Source of the DNA: Ruditapes philippinarum
Lineage: Eukaryota
Direction: 5' to 3'
DNA: 64,000 nt
Assembly (NCBI RefSeq): GCF_026571515.1
Contig: NW_026861730.1
Coordinates: 186,001 to 250,000 of the forward strand
The notes below the pieces were generated by a model. It made no database searches. It worked only from the letters and a program-made list of their open reading frames with translations, and had not been told where the DNA came from. Position 1 is the stretch's first letter. The number at the start of each line of letters is the position of its first letter. Both the position numbers and the translations under genes were made by a program. This document shows, in pieces, positions 62,640 to 64,000 of this stretch.

Positions 62640-62866
62640 CGTTTGTTTGTTTGTTTTTGGTTTACGTCACATTGACACAGTATAGGTCATATCGCGACGT
62701 TCCAGCTTTACTGGTGTTGGAAGACCTCAGGTGCCCTTCCATGCATTATTTCAGGCACGAACGGGTACGTGAGTAGAACCACCGACGTTCCGTAAGTTCG
62801 CTTGATAGCTTCCTCACATGAAATAATCCAAAGTCCCTGTTGGGATTCGAACCCACAGCGGTAAGG
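62640..62866 (-). mobile_element. 5'-truncated tRNA-derived SINE of a common bivalve family
   Basis: Reverse strand: B box gggttcgaatccc, catgtgaggaagctatc..ttacggaacgtcggtggttctac body, (AAAC)n tail. 9-bp TSD gatctgtga at 62631-62639 and 62867-62875; absent in paralogues. Confidence 0.9.
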
Positions 62867-64000
62867 GATCTGTGATATGACTTGCGAGTTAATGTGTAAG
62901 TGTTGAGAACAATACGAAAGCCTTTTACAGTCTTTTTGTATTTTCCACCTCAATAAAACCTATATTGGATAATTACGTCAATTGCCTTAAATTGATGAAT
63001 TACACCGAATTAACGACTCTAGCATATTCACTTTAAATGTTTAATCATAAAATGCCAAAGATTATATACAGAAGTATTTAATGTTTTTATTTTTTCTAAG
63101 ATGACAAAACAACTCTAACGAAGATTTATGGCTTCAATCTCCAACGTTACATATCCGATTACCGTCACGGTAATGAGGCGTTGTGTGACACATTGTACTG
63201 TATGGTTCCCTTACAAACAAGATTGATTCTTCATTAAGTCTTACCGTATGACAGCCAAGTGACAAGATGTTTATCAAGGGTTACATATAATGCTGATAAC
63301 AATATAAATAAATGTACATGCTGCCTTCCATACTATATAAGCAATCGGTATTTGGACATTGATTTAACACAAAGGTCAATCTGAAGAAAACACAATCAAC
63401 AAAAACGAAATTTAAACGATTGAATTGTTTTTACGCTTAAATTGTTATTTATATTTTGAAGGATGAATTATTAATATACTAAATTCTATACCTTAGGTAT
63501 TTCTATGAAATATCGCAATTTTACATTCAAGGATAAATTTAAAAGTATACTTCTATTGTCTTTTATTCAGCAGATCTGTAGTTTAAGCACATTAGGCCTA
63601 GTATAATAGTATCTTTTTATATATTTATTTCTTAATGTTACAAAAAGTGTTAATCATTAGAAGCTTAAAACGTTTTCAAAACTACAAAATAAGTAACAGA
63701 ATGACGAGCAAATGAACAATTACCTATACATTGTAAACAACCTATCAAATTCAATAAAATCAATTTAAATTAATCCAATCAGAAGTCTAAAAAATAAACA
63801 TTGACCAACGAAACAAGTTGATATAACCAAAGGTTAACTTGATTAAAATAAAAAAACTTTATCACTGACAAGATTTAATCGATTTTATCAGGTGAATTAA
63901 TATACGCTAAATGAATGCGAAGATAAATTAATTTGTGTAAAATACTTCATTTAAGTATTGGGTATTATTTCGAGATAATTTTCATATATATAAAAAAAAT

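Larger units (their letters stand above)
58217..63245 (-). repeat. inverted paralogue of the copy 1 upstream region (10280-12740, 16100-17125, 18500-19158)
   Basis: Collinear reverse-complement similarity, ending at 10280 taagtcttaatgaagaatcaatcttgttt / 63215 aaacaagattgattcttcattaagtctta. Confidence 0.9.

Noticed and set aside
62708-62953. 81-aa ORF
   Set aside because: Reads through a SINE with a clear TSD.

Overview
AT-rich animal genomic DNA; the SINE and Helentron-like repeat families suggest a bivalve mollusc (inference). 1-3530 holds the last four coding exons of ELYS/AHCTF1 (+). About 8.7-63.2 kb is one amplified and rearranged locus for a 4-exon secreted protein: signal peptide + PAN/Apple domain + non-canonical C-type lectin domain, 252 aa. 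Copy 1 (+, 19159-22903) is intact. Copy 2 (+) has a single 1-bp frameshift. Copy 3 (+) is a truncated remnant fused to a transposon next to an assembly gap. Copy 4 (-) is a clear pseudogene. Two further minus-strand copies survive only as promoter/intron-1 remnants. The copies form a degenerate ~53-kb inverted arrangement with three internal fold-back points. Every fold-back point, and the right end of the locus, carries the same short segment with a perfect 17-bp palindrome (ATTACCGT-S-ACGGTAAT). Non-autonomous elements are interspersed: Helentron-type HINEs, a nested Harbinger-like/pogo-like/TIR composite, a hairpin-rich element, tRNA-derived SINEs, and mini- and microsatellites. All alignments were made by eye, so repeat boundaries are approximate; exon coordinates were checked for GT/AG and phase.
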